Source: Carcharhinus longimanus
Lineage: Eukaryota
DNA: 64,000 bases
Assembly: GCA_030264375.1 (NCBI GenBank)
Contig: JASCQW010000043.1
Span: 78,979,069-79,043,068 of the forward strand
Direction of reading: 5' to 3'
Position numbers and translations under genes: made by a program. Positions 53,327 to 63,454 of this stretch are shown here, piece by piece; position 1 is the first letter of the stretch, and each line of letters begins with the position of its first letter. A model generated the notes under the pieces. That model did no database searches and was not told the origin of the DNA. It saw nothing but the letters and a program-made list of their open reading frames with translations.

Positions 53327-53500
53327 CTCAAAAATGTTGTAAAGGCGAGCTTTGAAAAATTGGACACATTTGGCAAGTTCCGTCATTATTCAAATCTCAG
53401 CTGCTCGAAGCTGCATCGGAGCGAACAACACTCGAGCTCTTGTTCCCCGTGTTGGGCGCTCTGGTTGCCCATGCCAGCAGTTGGAGGAATCTCATTGGTT
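53327..53500 (-). other. Candidate upstream 5'-leader exon or alternative first exon of CDC42SE2
   Basis: Non-repetitive, locally CpG-enriched block ending in a donor-like GAG|gttagt at 53327/53326. The 5' boundary is uncertain: a weak acceptor cttagcccag at 53501, or a promoter with a CCAAT box (aaccaatgag, 53500-53491). Confidence 0.5.
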
Positions 53501-54639
53501 CTGGGCTAAGGCCACGCGACACAGAACGATGATTCAGTTTCGTCAAAGAAAGCGAAATGACTGAAGCGGAGCATCAACGCATTCTTTGCAAAGATGTATA
53601 GCCAGGTTCATAGCAAATTACTTCAGAACCTTTTTTTTTATTTGATTGATGGAATGTGGTCATTGCTGGCTGGGCCAGCAATTGTCGTCCATCCCTTACT
53701 GCCCTCGAGCAGGTGCTGCTGAGTTGCCTTCTTGAACTGCTGCAGCCCACGTGGCATAGGCACAGCCCCTGTGCTGTTGGAGAGAGTTCCTGGATTTTGA
53801 GCCGGTGGCACTGATGGAACGGCGATACAATTCTAAGTCAGGATGTTGTGCGGTTTTGTAGGAGAACTTGCAAGAGTTCTGGGAGGGAGGTTGCAAGTGG
53901 GAGGAGCCGGCAAAACGGGAGAGAAAGAGAGAGAGAGACGGTGAGTGGGAGGTTTGGCAAGCAGAGAGGGGCATAGAACGAACCACAGGAAAGACAAGTG
54001 AGGACTGGAAGCGACCCATATCATGAATACCATTGTCAGAAGTGGAAACACTCTTGGACTCTTTCAAATGGTATCTCGCATGTATCTGCTGCAGAATAAC
54101 TATTTGGAAGCAATCACAAACTCAAGTTCCACTCTACTGAGTCCCTGATGCAAGCGTATGGTACATAAAGGTGACAAGTGGGGGCTGCAACATGACAAAA
54201 ATCAGGAAAAGATAGTAAAATCTCAATAATCCTTGGCAACTCCTTTCAGTGCATTAAAGAGGAATTGCTGGCTTTGAATTAAAGTGCAGGGTTGGATACT
54301 GAGGAAAGCAGCCACAAAAATAAACTTTTCCAAAGATGAACATTTTAAAAATGAATAGCTTTTCAGCTCAGCCCGTTCTACAGATCATACATAATGTAAC
54401 ATTTCTTTAGGTCCAGTTCGGGAGTAGAAATATTTCTGTGAAGTCAATCATATTGAGTATTCTCTTGGGGGCTGAGTAATGCAGACCATGCAGTGGCATT
54501 GTTGCAAATTACAGTAATCAGGACAATTCACTTAATAAATGTACTTATCACAGGAATGCAGCTATAGTAGCTGCCTACTGCTTAGGCTTACTTACACATC
54601 ACAGTTAACTTCATTACAGTATTAATGAAAGTCCACTTC

Positions 54640-55122
54640 AAAGTTTATTTATTGGACACAAGTAAGGCTTACATTAACACTGCAAAGTTACTGTGAAATT
54701 CCTATTGAATGGCGGGGCAGGCTCGAAGGGCTAGATGGCCTACTCCTGCTCCTATTTCTTACGTTGTTATGTTCTCCTAGTCGCCACAGTCCGGCGNNNN
54801 NNNNNNNNNNNNNNNNNNNNNNNNNNNNNNNNNNNNNNNNNNNNNNNNNNNNNNNNNNNNNNNNNNNNNNNNNNNNNNNNNNNNNNNNNNNNNNNNCTCC
54901 TATTTCTTACGTTGTTATGTTCTCCTAGTCGCCACAGTCCGGCGCCTGTTCGGGTCAATCCGCCTAACTAGCACATCTTTCAGAATGTGGGAGAAAACTG
55001 AAGCACCTGGAAGAAACACACACAGACACAGGGAGAATGTGCAGACTCCACCCAGACAGCAACCCAAACTGAGAATTGAACCCGGATCCCTGCCCCTGTG
55101 AAGCAGCAGTGCTAACCACTGT
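54640..55122 (-). mobile_element. SINE variant with alternative tail, carrying a short CR1-tail insertion and an N-gap
   Basis: aaagtttatttattggacacaagtaaggcttacattaacactgc...gaattgaacccggatcc...gcagcagtgctaaccactgt. Confidence 0.7.
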
Positions 55123-55329
55123 ATACTTGTCACTAATAAATAAACTTTATGTCACAAAAGAGGGTTGACAGTAAATTAGAAAAAAACAATGTTCATAATT
55201 AATAATAATAATTTAGTGTTTGAAATCAAAACCACAATTTCTAAACATGCTGATGAACCAAATTGGACAGGATAATCACCACTGAGGACAAATGTAACAA
55301 ACTGCAAAAATAAACTTGCAGTTAACTGG

Positions 55330-55775
55330 AAAATTAATTTCAACATGGATCAGTGAGGAATTAGGAGGTCAAATTACTTGGAAAATAAGCATCTTAATAG
55401 GATAGAGGAGGAAAGGCATCTAGGAGTACAATCACACAAGTCACAAAGTTACATACAGGTCAATAAGGCCATAACAAAAGCAAACCAAATGCTAGGATAG
55501 AATTAGAAAGTACCATAGTTATGTTAATATTGTATCCAAGCTTGGTTAGGCCACACATAAAATACTGTCTACAGTCTGGTCACCATATGTTAAAAATAAA
55601 GGCACTGAAGAATATAAAAGTGATTTAATAAGGATGATCTCAGAACTGCAGGATTATATCTATCAGGAAAGGATGAACAGGCAGAGTCTCTTTCCTCTCA
55701 AGCTGTGAGAACTGACCTCAGAATAGAAGTATTTAAAACTATGAAATCTTTTGGAAGAGCTCACATAGATAAGAG
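55330..55775 (+). mobile_element. Decayed CR1 RT fragment
   Basis: ttggttaggccacac...aatactgt...tctggtcaccat (decayed LVRPHLEYC..FWSP). Confidence 0.65.
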
Positions 55776-58289
55776 CGTTTCCACTTATGACATTGGTATT
55801 CACAACATGGGCCGCTTACAGTCCTCACTCGACTTTCCTGTGGTTCTTTCTACGCCTCTCTCCACTTGCCAAANNNNNNNNNNNNNNNNNNNNNNNNNNN
55901 NNNNNNNNNNNNNNNNNNNNNNNNNNNNNNNNNNNNNNNNNNNNNNNNNNNNNNNNNNNNNNNNNNNNNNNNNNNNNNNNNNNNNNNNNNNNNNNNNNNN
56001 NNNNNNNNNNNNNNNNNNNNNNNNNNNNNNNNNNNNNNNNNNNNNNNNNNNNNNNNNNNNNNNNNNNNNNNNNNNAGGGGGATGGGCGGGGGGGCTGAGG
56101 GGGAGGGCAGGCAGGTCGAGGGGGAGGGCAGGGGTCAAGAGAGGGAAAGAGTGGGGAGAGGAGGGAATGAGTGGGAGAGGCAGTGGCAAGCAGGAGAGAG
56201 AGGTGGAGCAGAACCGTGTAGAGGTGACATGATTCTTGGTTTCTGGCTGGAGAACCCCACACAAACCAATCCCATTTCACTCAGGGATCAAGTCCCAACA
56301 TTCTACTGAATGGCTGTGCCCTGTGGATCTGGTTCTGCTGTTGGCACAACAGTCACCATAGTCCTAATATCATCACTGAATCCCTGGCACAGTGAGTGAT
56401 GGCAGGAGGGAAGGTGTGGACAAGGGGGCTGTGGGGGAGAGGCTTTGACAGCAAAGATTGAGGGTTGCTCTCAACGACACGTCTTTCCTGATGCTGCGTC
56501 CCTCAATCTGGCACTGGGTGCCTTTGCAACAACAAGTAGCCCTGCATGGATCTGTTTGTCCTGCTCACCACACAGAGAGGCCCTCACCCACTGCTGGGTT
56601 AATACCAATTGAAGGTCTCAATTGGCAGATGGTTAGGAAGTCTGTCCGTAGGCTTTCCCATTATGGACTTCATCAGGGTAAGGGGTAACAGGTGGAGGTT
56701 GGGGGGTGGGGTGGGGGAAGGGGGGGAGGGAACCACCAAACTCACCACAATGGTGGGCACAAGATCTCACCCTCAGTGGGTGGGAGAGGCTGCAAGCTGA
56801 GCAGAGGCGGAAAGATAAGCTGGGCTGAGTGGATAGAGCGAGTGGATTATTAAACACATTAAAAGCAGTCCACTTGGCTGACCGTGTACAGTTACTCATG
56901 CAGTTATCTTTCGTAATCAAGTTTTATATTTTGCGCAGCAAGGTACTTTTCTGAAGAAAGACATTGCCATGAATCAATGCGGGTTTTTAAATTCTATCTG
57001 CAGCACAGTCTAACATTTCCCAGTATTGTAATTGGCCCTCACTAATTTTCCACTGAATTTCACTGACTTATAAAACAAGGGCGAAACAAGAGACAATCAA
57101 CTCAAAACAATCACTGAGAAGTCAAACAGGAAATTCAAAAAATCCCCTTTAGCCCAGGGAGTGGAGAGAACACAGAACTTGCAGCTACCTGCAGAGTGGT
57201 TCAGGTGAATAGTTGGGATATCTTTAAGGCGAGGTTAGATAAACATATGAAAGTAAAGGAAAGAGAGGATTACCCTGATGAGAGTTAGAGGACGAGAATG
57301 AGAGGAGGGTTGAATGGAGCATATGGATTGGTTGGGCCAAAAAGCCCAATTCGTGCCATCTATTTGATACAATTCTATGAAATACAAAAGGCAAATCTTT
57401 AGAATTTAATTCTATGCTAATTTGTTCTTCTACCTCTTAAAAAGAAGCTGTTTGAATGCTGTCACTCCATTCACTGGGTTATGGCCCCAGCTTCCTTGGA
57501 GAGCATAATTGCAACAAGTTGACAAGATCACTAATTGCTAGGTGTGTAAAGCAATTTGTCCAGATGGTAGGCGGGTAGCTGTTTGAGGTGGTAAGTTGGG
57601 GAGGAAGTCTTTTCCGTCATCATTCACTTGTAAAAAGTCTCCTTATAAACATGCAGTTCAAACCCAAGGGTAAATATTGAATAAGCAAGCTCCTGTATCT
57701 GGCAGGAAACTGTTGTATACCTAAAAGCACATTTAGGAGCCCCTCTGTGTGACTGTACAAATTCACAAACCAAATGGGCGTTGCTGCTTTTGTTGGCTGG
57801 GTGTACTGAGATTCTCACCCCAATTTACCCCATTACCCCAGTCAACAAAGTAATAGAAATGGCCTCAAATGTTATTCTTACTCCTAATTTCAAACAATAT
57901 GCAATAATTATGATATAGAACATGTCTGTGTATTGTACTAAATAAGCTTTATACTAAATAATACATTGGAGGTCCTCCAGCCGTGACTGGAATACAGTTG
58001 TCATGGAGAACTGGTCATATTATAATGTGTGAATCCTTAATGGTGCAGTTTATTCTTATTCCTATAAATACCAACATTTATATCTTCACTTTTACCAATT
58101 TTTATATACCCACTTTTTCTCTTCCGCTTCCCTGGTGAAATACATTGTGAACCATATGTCTTCAGGCGCTGCCACTTGCCTTCTGGATAACTGTCATTTC
58201 CAATTGGCTGATCATTTAGTTTGGAATAACTTAACACAGATGAACTAAAGGAGACTTGGCATACTGGTACAAGAATACGAAAATTAGCA

Positions 58290-58920
58290 TGCAGGTACAG
58301 CAAGCTATTAGGAAGGCAAATATTGGCCTTTATTACAAGGTGATTGGAGTACAACGATAAATTAGTCTTGCTACAGTCGTAAAGGGTTTAGGTGAGACCG
58401 CATCTGAAGTACGGTGTGACCTTTTGGCCTTTAAGGCAGCCATTTAATAAAAAAATATACTTGCATTGGATGTGGTACTGCCAAAGTTCACTAAATTAGT
58501 CCTTGTGATGAGGTGAGAGACTGAGCAAATTGGGTTTATTTTCTTTGGAGATTAGAAAAATAAGGCTCTCTCATTGAAGCCTACAAAATTCTGAAGGGGC
58601 AACAGGCAGGGTGGACACAGAGGTTGTTTTTATTGGTAGAGAAGTCTAAAGTGCAGTCTTGAACATGATCATTTAGTACTGAGATGAGGAGAAATTTCTT
58701 CACTCTAAGGGTTGTGATTCAGTGGAATTCTCTACCCCAGAGGGCTGTGGCTGGTCCATCATTGAATAATTAAGACGAGAGACAGAGAGAATTTTGGGAA
58801 TTAACAGATATAGGGAGTCGGTGGGAAACTGGACTTGAAGGTTAACCATGATCGTATTGAATGATGGAGCAGGCTCGGTGGGCTGTGTGGTTTACACCTC
58901 CTCCCATTTCTTATGTTATG
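58290..58920 (+). mobile_element. Decayed CR1 3' end
   Basis: caggtacagcaagctattaggaaggcaa...ggtgagaccgcatctgaagtac...tttcttatgttatg tail. Confidence 0.75.
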
Positions 58921-60284
58921 CATGGAAAGAGAGATGCGTTTGGCGGGGCTAATTCCTTTTCTTAGTTTCAAAACGTTCTACAACATGTTTTAGTGGCATT
59001 TCTGGACTGTGCACCTCTGGAGAGGCTCTATGATCTATACAAAAAGCCAGCTATCCTCAAAATAGATCGAGCAACTTTTGGACTGTTACAGTTGGCCATT
59101 GTAGCATGTATGACATCAATGGTCAGTAGAGACCTAAGTTGTTCACTGCGTTGGATACAAAATACACTGTAAATTAAAGAGCCTTTTTTTGTACGATGAT
59201 ATAGCGATTATAGTTAGAGTGGACAAAAGGATTTGTTGTACACTGATCACAACCCATGCTGTTGGTGTTGTTCTGTTTGGTGGACTTTCTCGAGTAAGGG
59301 GCAAGTCCCCCCAGTACTGTGTTTCTGGTGGGTGCCGGTCTCGAGTAACTGTCCATTCTGGGAAGGCAAGAAAGTCTGCTAAAGACTGGAGGGCACCAAA
59401 AGCTCAGAGATGCCACCCTGTACTCCTCTTTGTGCAGGGTTGCCAGAACAAATGCATCCTGCACTTCAGAAGGTTTAAGCTGCACTCAAGACCAGAACCC
59501 TCAAAGTGCACCCCCCATTCACTAGTAACCATCGACTGCTGATACTCCACTCAGCCTCAAAGTCAGGGACCTTCCAATATGGGAATTCAATATTCCTAGC
59601 CTTGAGCCCGTCTGCATGAATGGTTTGTTTGGGCAGTCGGAGGTTCTATCACTATAAAGTCAGACAGAATTTCTATTGCTGATCAAATGCCATATTTATG
59701 TTTTATGCTATCACGACAACACAGTAGGACTATGAGAAAGGGCATCATTAATTTGTTCCTCTAATTCCTCAGCTAATTCAATTTCTAACTTTCCTGTAAT
59801 GCACACTAAAAATACATGGTGTCAGTTTGTGATGGAGACAGGAATGGGACAAGCTGTGATGTGCCATGGTTGAACAATCGAATAACACTCAATGTCTGAG
59901 TTTACATCAAGAAGGGACATGTGGGCAATGTGTTGCTGGCACCCAAAGAACCATATGCCAGCATAAATTAGCACCTCCAGGAAAGGAAGGAAGAATGTTG
60001 TTGGCCTGCATACCAATTTACACATTATTTCAACAGCAACTCATTGTGTGAACTCCTTGACACATTCTGACATGTAAACCTTCCTGAGCCTCTATGCTAG
60101 CTGACATTACAAATGATTCTACTTCCTCAGGTGCAATGTCTCTGCCTTTCAAACCACAATCACCATCTCCTCCTCAAAAAAAATCTTTAATCCGCCTCCT
60201 TGAAAACTATCTTTCCTTTGCCAACTTCACTTTCCTCCCAAAAGTCATTGAATGTATTGTTGCTTTCCTGAACTGTGCCCTTCG

Positions 60285-60490
60285 CAACACAACTCTTCCG
60301 AATGGAAGGTGGAGGAACAGAGTACGTCTAGGGTGCGTGGGGTCCTTGATTGTACTGCCTGCTTTCCGAGGCAGCAGGAAGTGTGGGTAGAGTCAATGAA
60401 TGGTAGGCTGGTTTGAGTGATGGACTGGGCTTCGTTCACAACCCTTTGTAGTTTCTTCTGATCTCGGTCAGAGCAGGAGCCATGCCAAGG
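60285..60490 (-). mobile_element. Rex1/Babar LINE fragment
   Basis: ORF track 60245-60670 contains WHGSCSDRDQKKLQRVVNEAQSITQTSLPFIDS, the same family as 1-530. Confidence 0.8.
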
Positions 60491-60689
60491 GGAGCAGCAA
60501 AAGGGAGGAAGCAAGTGAGAGGAGTTGTAAGGAGGAGTACTGGGGAGAGAAGCAACAAGCTGGAGGGTCAGGGAAGGAAGTGGTGAGTGGGAGAGAAGTA
60601 CAAAGAACAAAGAACAACCCAGCACGGGAAACAGGCCCTTCGGCCCAACGAGCCCGCGCCGCCGCATCATCCTACACCTATTCTACCCT

Positions 60690-61947
60690 GCGTGTCTACG
60701 AATGGATACGTAACAGGAAATTATGAATTGGGTGAAGAAAGCATAAATTAATCACCAGAAAAATCCCAAAATGACCCCGGTACAAGTTGACAAACCACAG
60801 CCACAGCAGTCACAGCCTGAGAAGTTGCAGACTAGAATTATAGGAGTATGTTACATGTGTGGAAAGAGAGGGCAGATTGTGGGAATGCTGAAGCAAAACT
60901 GCAGTACAGGGCCAGGGTCTTAGCTTCCAGTGTCAGAACTGCAATAAGATGGACAATTGTTGGATGAGAAGAGGAGGTAGGGAAGGACAAGATCCCAGTC
61001 AGATTGGATCACCCTCTGGAACACAGACTCAACAATTTACAACAGTTCAGCAGATACCACTGCCGGATATTCGGATGATAGCAGAGGAGCTGCAGGAGTT
61101 TTTGAATCAGAAGTGATAATTAGCCTCGCTTAATGCTGCAGAGCAGGACCCCCGAATGTATGTGGAAGCGATATTAGGAAGAGAACCTTGTACTACTTGG
61201 GGCATCCATATCTATACCAGACTTGAGATGGAAATGCCAGCATTGGAATGCACTGGGCACAGGAAGAAGCCTCACAATGCCACAGGTTTATTTGGTAGCA
61301 CAAGCTTTCAGTGTGATGCTTCTTCATCAGGTGACGGCTTTAACCTGGTGTTGTGAGAATTCTCACTTGAAATTGCAAGGGAACAAATCCCAGGGAGTAA
61401 TTTAGTGCAAGTAGCAGATTTGTTAGCTTTAACCAATGCTTTAGAATGGGGTGAGGGAAAGCAGGTAAGTGTGTTCACGGACAGTGGATATGCATTTGGC
61501 GTAATCCATAACTACACAACAGTTTGGAGAGGAAGGGGATTTGTAACATTTAGTGGGGAACATATCTCGCATAAACATCTAATCAGGAATTTACTTCAAG
61601 CAGCTCACAGTCCCTCAGAAGTAGCAGTAATAAAGGTCCAAGCACCATAAAAAAAATTAAAATGCAGGCACAGAGGGGAAATGATAAGGCAGATAAGGCT
61701 GCAAAACAGCTGTTGGAATAGAGCCCAGCAGGAATTCAAACAGCAAGTGCGGCAGCAGTACAACGCAGAGAAGTCAGACATTGACGTGAAATAGATACAA
61801 TAGACGTCAGAGGATGAGAAACAGGAATGGGAAATACATGGAGGACAGAAGAGTCAGGATGGTGTATGGAGAAAGGAAGGTAAAATAAAAGCTCCGGAAG
61901 TAATATAGCAGACCTTAATGGAAGCATAGCATGGATTAGCACACATA
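60690..61947 (+). mobile_element. Endogenous retrovirus-like relic: gag zinc knuckles, protease start, RNase H and integrase start; RT absent
   Basis: CYMCGKRG..WEC (~60848) and CQNCNK..CW (~60930); PRMYVEAILG (~61150); RNase H QVADLLALTNALEWGEGKQVSVFTDSGYAFGVIH..VWRGRGFVTFSG..I..LLQAAHSPSEVAVIKV (61405-61650) plus GNDKADKAAK (~61677); HGLAH (~61930). Confidence 0.8.
61222..61366. mobile_element. Penelope-like element terminal fragment with an inverted segment and a decayed hammerhead motif
   Basis: Shares caggtttatttggtagcacaagctttc and ttaacctggtgttgtgaga with copies at 25217-25307, 48720-48965 and 61948-62019. Minus strand reads CTGATGA...GAAAGCTTG. Confidence 0.6.
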
Positions 61948-62019
61948 ATGTGGGTATGCCGGCGTTGGACTGGCGTAAACACAGTAAAAAGTCTGACAAC
62001 ACCAGGTTTTAGTCCAACC
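61948..62019 (-). mobile_element. Penelope-like terminal fragment
   Basis: tgtgggtatgccggcgttggactggcgtaaacacagtaaaaagtctgacaacaccagg, the reverse complement of the 25240-25307 motif. Confidence 0.6.
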
Positions 62020-62119
62020 NNNNNNNNNNNNNNNNNNNNNNNNNNNNNNNNNNNNNNNNNNNNNNNNNNNNNNNNNNNNNNNNNNNNNNNNNNNNNNNNN
62101 NNNNNNNNNNNNNNNNNNN

Positions 62120-62361
62120 TTCTCCAACCTTTCCTCGTAACTCAGTCCTTCCATGCCAGGCAACATCCTGGTAAACCTCCTCTGCACCCTCTCCAGGGTC
62201 TCCATGTCCTTCCGGTGGTAAGGTGACCAGAACTGGACGCAGTACTCCAAATGCGGTCTAACCAACGTTCTGTACAACTGAAGCATTAGAGGGCAGCTCT
62301 TATACTCTATACCCCTTCCTATAAAGGCTAGCATTCCATAAGCTTTCCTCACAACCTTCAC
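62120..62361 (-). mobile_element. Young-looking CR1 LINE RT fragment
   Basis: Uninterrupted KAYGMLAFIGRGIEYKS...LYRTLVRPHLEYCVQFWSPYHRKDMETLERVQRRFTRMLPGMEGLSYEERL. Confidence 0.92.
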
Positions 62362-63218
62362 AACATAGTGAATGCTGACATGGCTTCAGGTTCCAAGAAC
62401 TGACACGAGGGAATTCTGATTGTGAATCATGCCAGGCTGGGCTCCATCATGGGGGAGGCTACCAGCTTTTTGCCTGTGTGCTCGAGAGGCAGTAAATTTC
62501 AACTCGCTACCAGGATATGCATGGTTATAATAATTAAGTAGTTGGTACTTGGACAGTTGGTGACCTCACAGCCTAAAGGAAACACTGGTCCCGGGGTCAA
62601 AAGATGGCATGGATGAGGGTTTCAGCAGATGAGCTGAGTGATGGTCAGAGTTGGGTGATGCCACAGAGGTGTTGGAGCAGATCTGTGGTCTGAAGCTTGG
62701 CTGAAGGTCAAGCATAAAAAAAAGTTGTGTATGTCTGCTTCAGCTTCAGACTGTTCCAAGAGGGAAGAATGAAGATAGTGGTTAGGAAATGGAGTTTACG
62801 GCAGAAAGATTCAGACGCTTACAACTCAAATTTTCTTCATAAATTTTAGGACGTTTGTGGCAATTATTTTTAAAATTTAATGAGGAGCAAATTAAATGCA
62901 AAAAATAACCTGCAAAGGCCTTGCATGCATGGCCACAAGGTTTAAATCTTGACTGAATTTAATCTGTCCTTTTGATCTAAACACTACCATGGAAACGGCG
63001 CAATTATTCAGTCTGCATCATCAAACACACACAGGCAGGTGGCTGAGCTTGTTACAAGTAGCCTCAATTCAAAGACAAGTTACATCAGAACAAACACTCC
63101 ACAAGGCAAATGCACAACTCTCCACATTACCTGAACCTTGTAGGTCTAACTGTGCAAAGCAGGAAGCTGCAATCCTTTATAAATCACATCAAAAACAATA
63201 GAGAACTCCTTCAGAATG

Positions 63219-63454
63219 ACATGTCAGTTCTTAAGAATTGGCTAAATAGTTGGTTAATGATAACAAGAATAAAGGAGTATGGGAACATGCCAGGGAGATT
63301 AAACAGTTACAGTCTGTTTGATATATGCAATCCATGTGATGTTTATCCTCAATACAAGCTACATTTTTTGTTTAATCTCCCTGGCATGTTCCCGTACCCC
63401 TTTAGTTTTGTTATCAGTAACCAATTATTTATTCAATTCTTAAAAACTGACGTG
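63219..63454. repeat. Compact inverted repeat (hairpin): arms 63219-63305 and 63369-63454
   Basis: gtcagttcttaagaattg...gggaacatgccagggagattaaaca versus tgtttaatctccctggcatgttccc...caattcttaaaaactgac. Innermost 25 bp are perfect; loop about 63 nt. Confidence 0.92.

Larger units (their letters stand above)
53953..55873. repeat. Long inverted repeat: arms 53953-54055 and 55771-55873
   Basis: tttggcaag...gaaccacaggaaag...agtggaaacactctt versus aagagcgtttccact...ctttcctgtggttc...cttgccaaa. About 85% identity; the right arm runs into a gap. Confidence 0.9.

Noticed and set aside
56076-56730. G-rich and purine tracts with G-quadruplex potential
   Set aside because: Low-complexity sequence next to a gap or inside a TE-like remnant; nothing indicates function.
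16465-63454. Strand-biased G-U-compatible mismatches in the inverted repeats as evidence for a selected plus-strand RNA structure
   Set aside because: The bias favours the plus strand in three repeats but the minus strand in 53953/55873. Counts are small and many changes are CpG decay.
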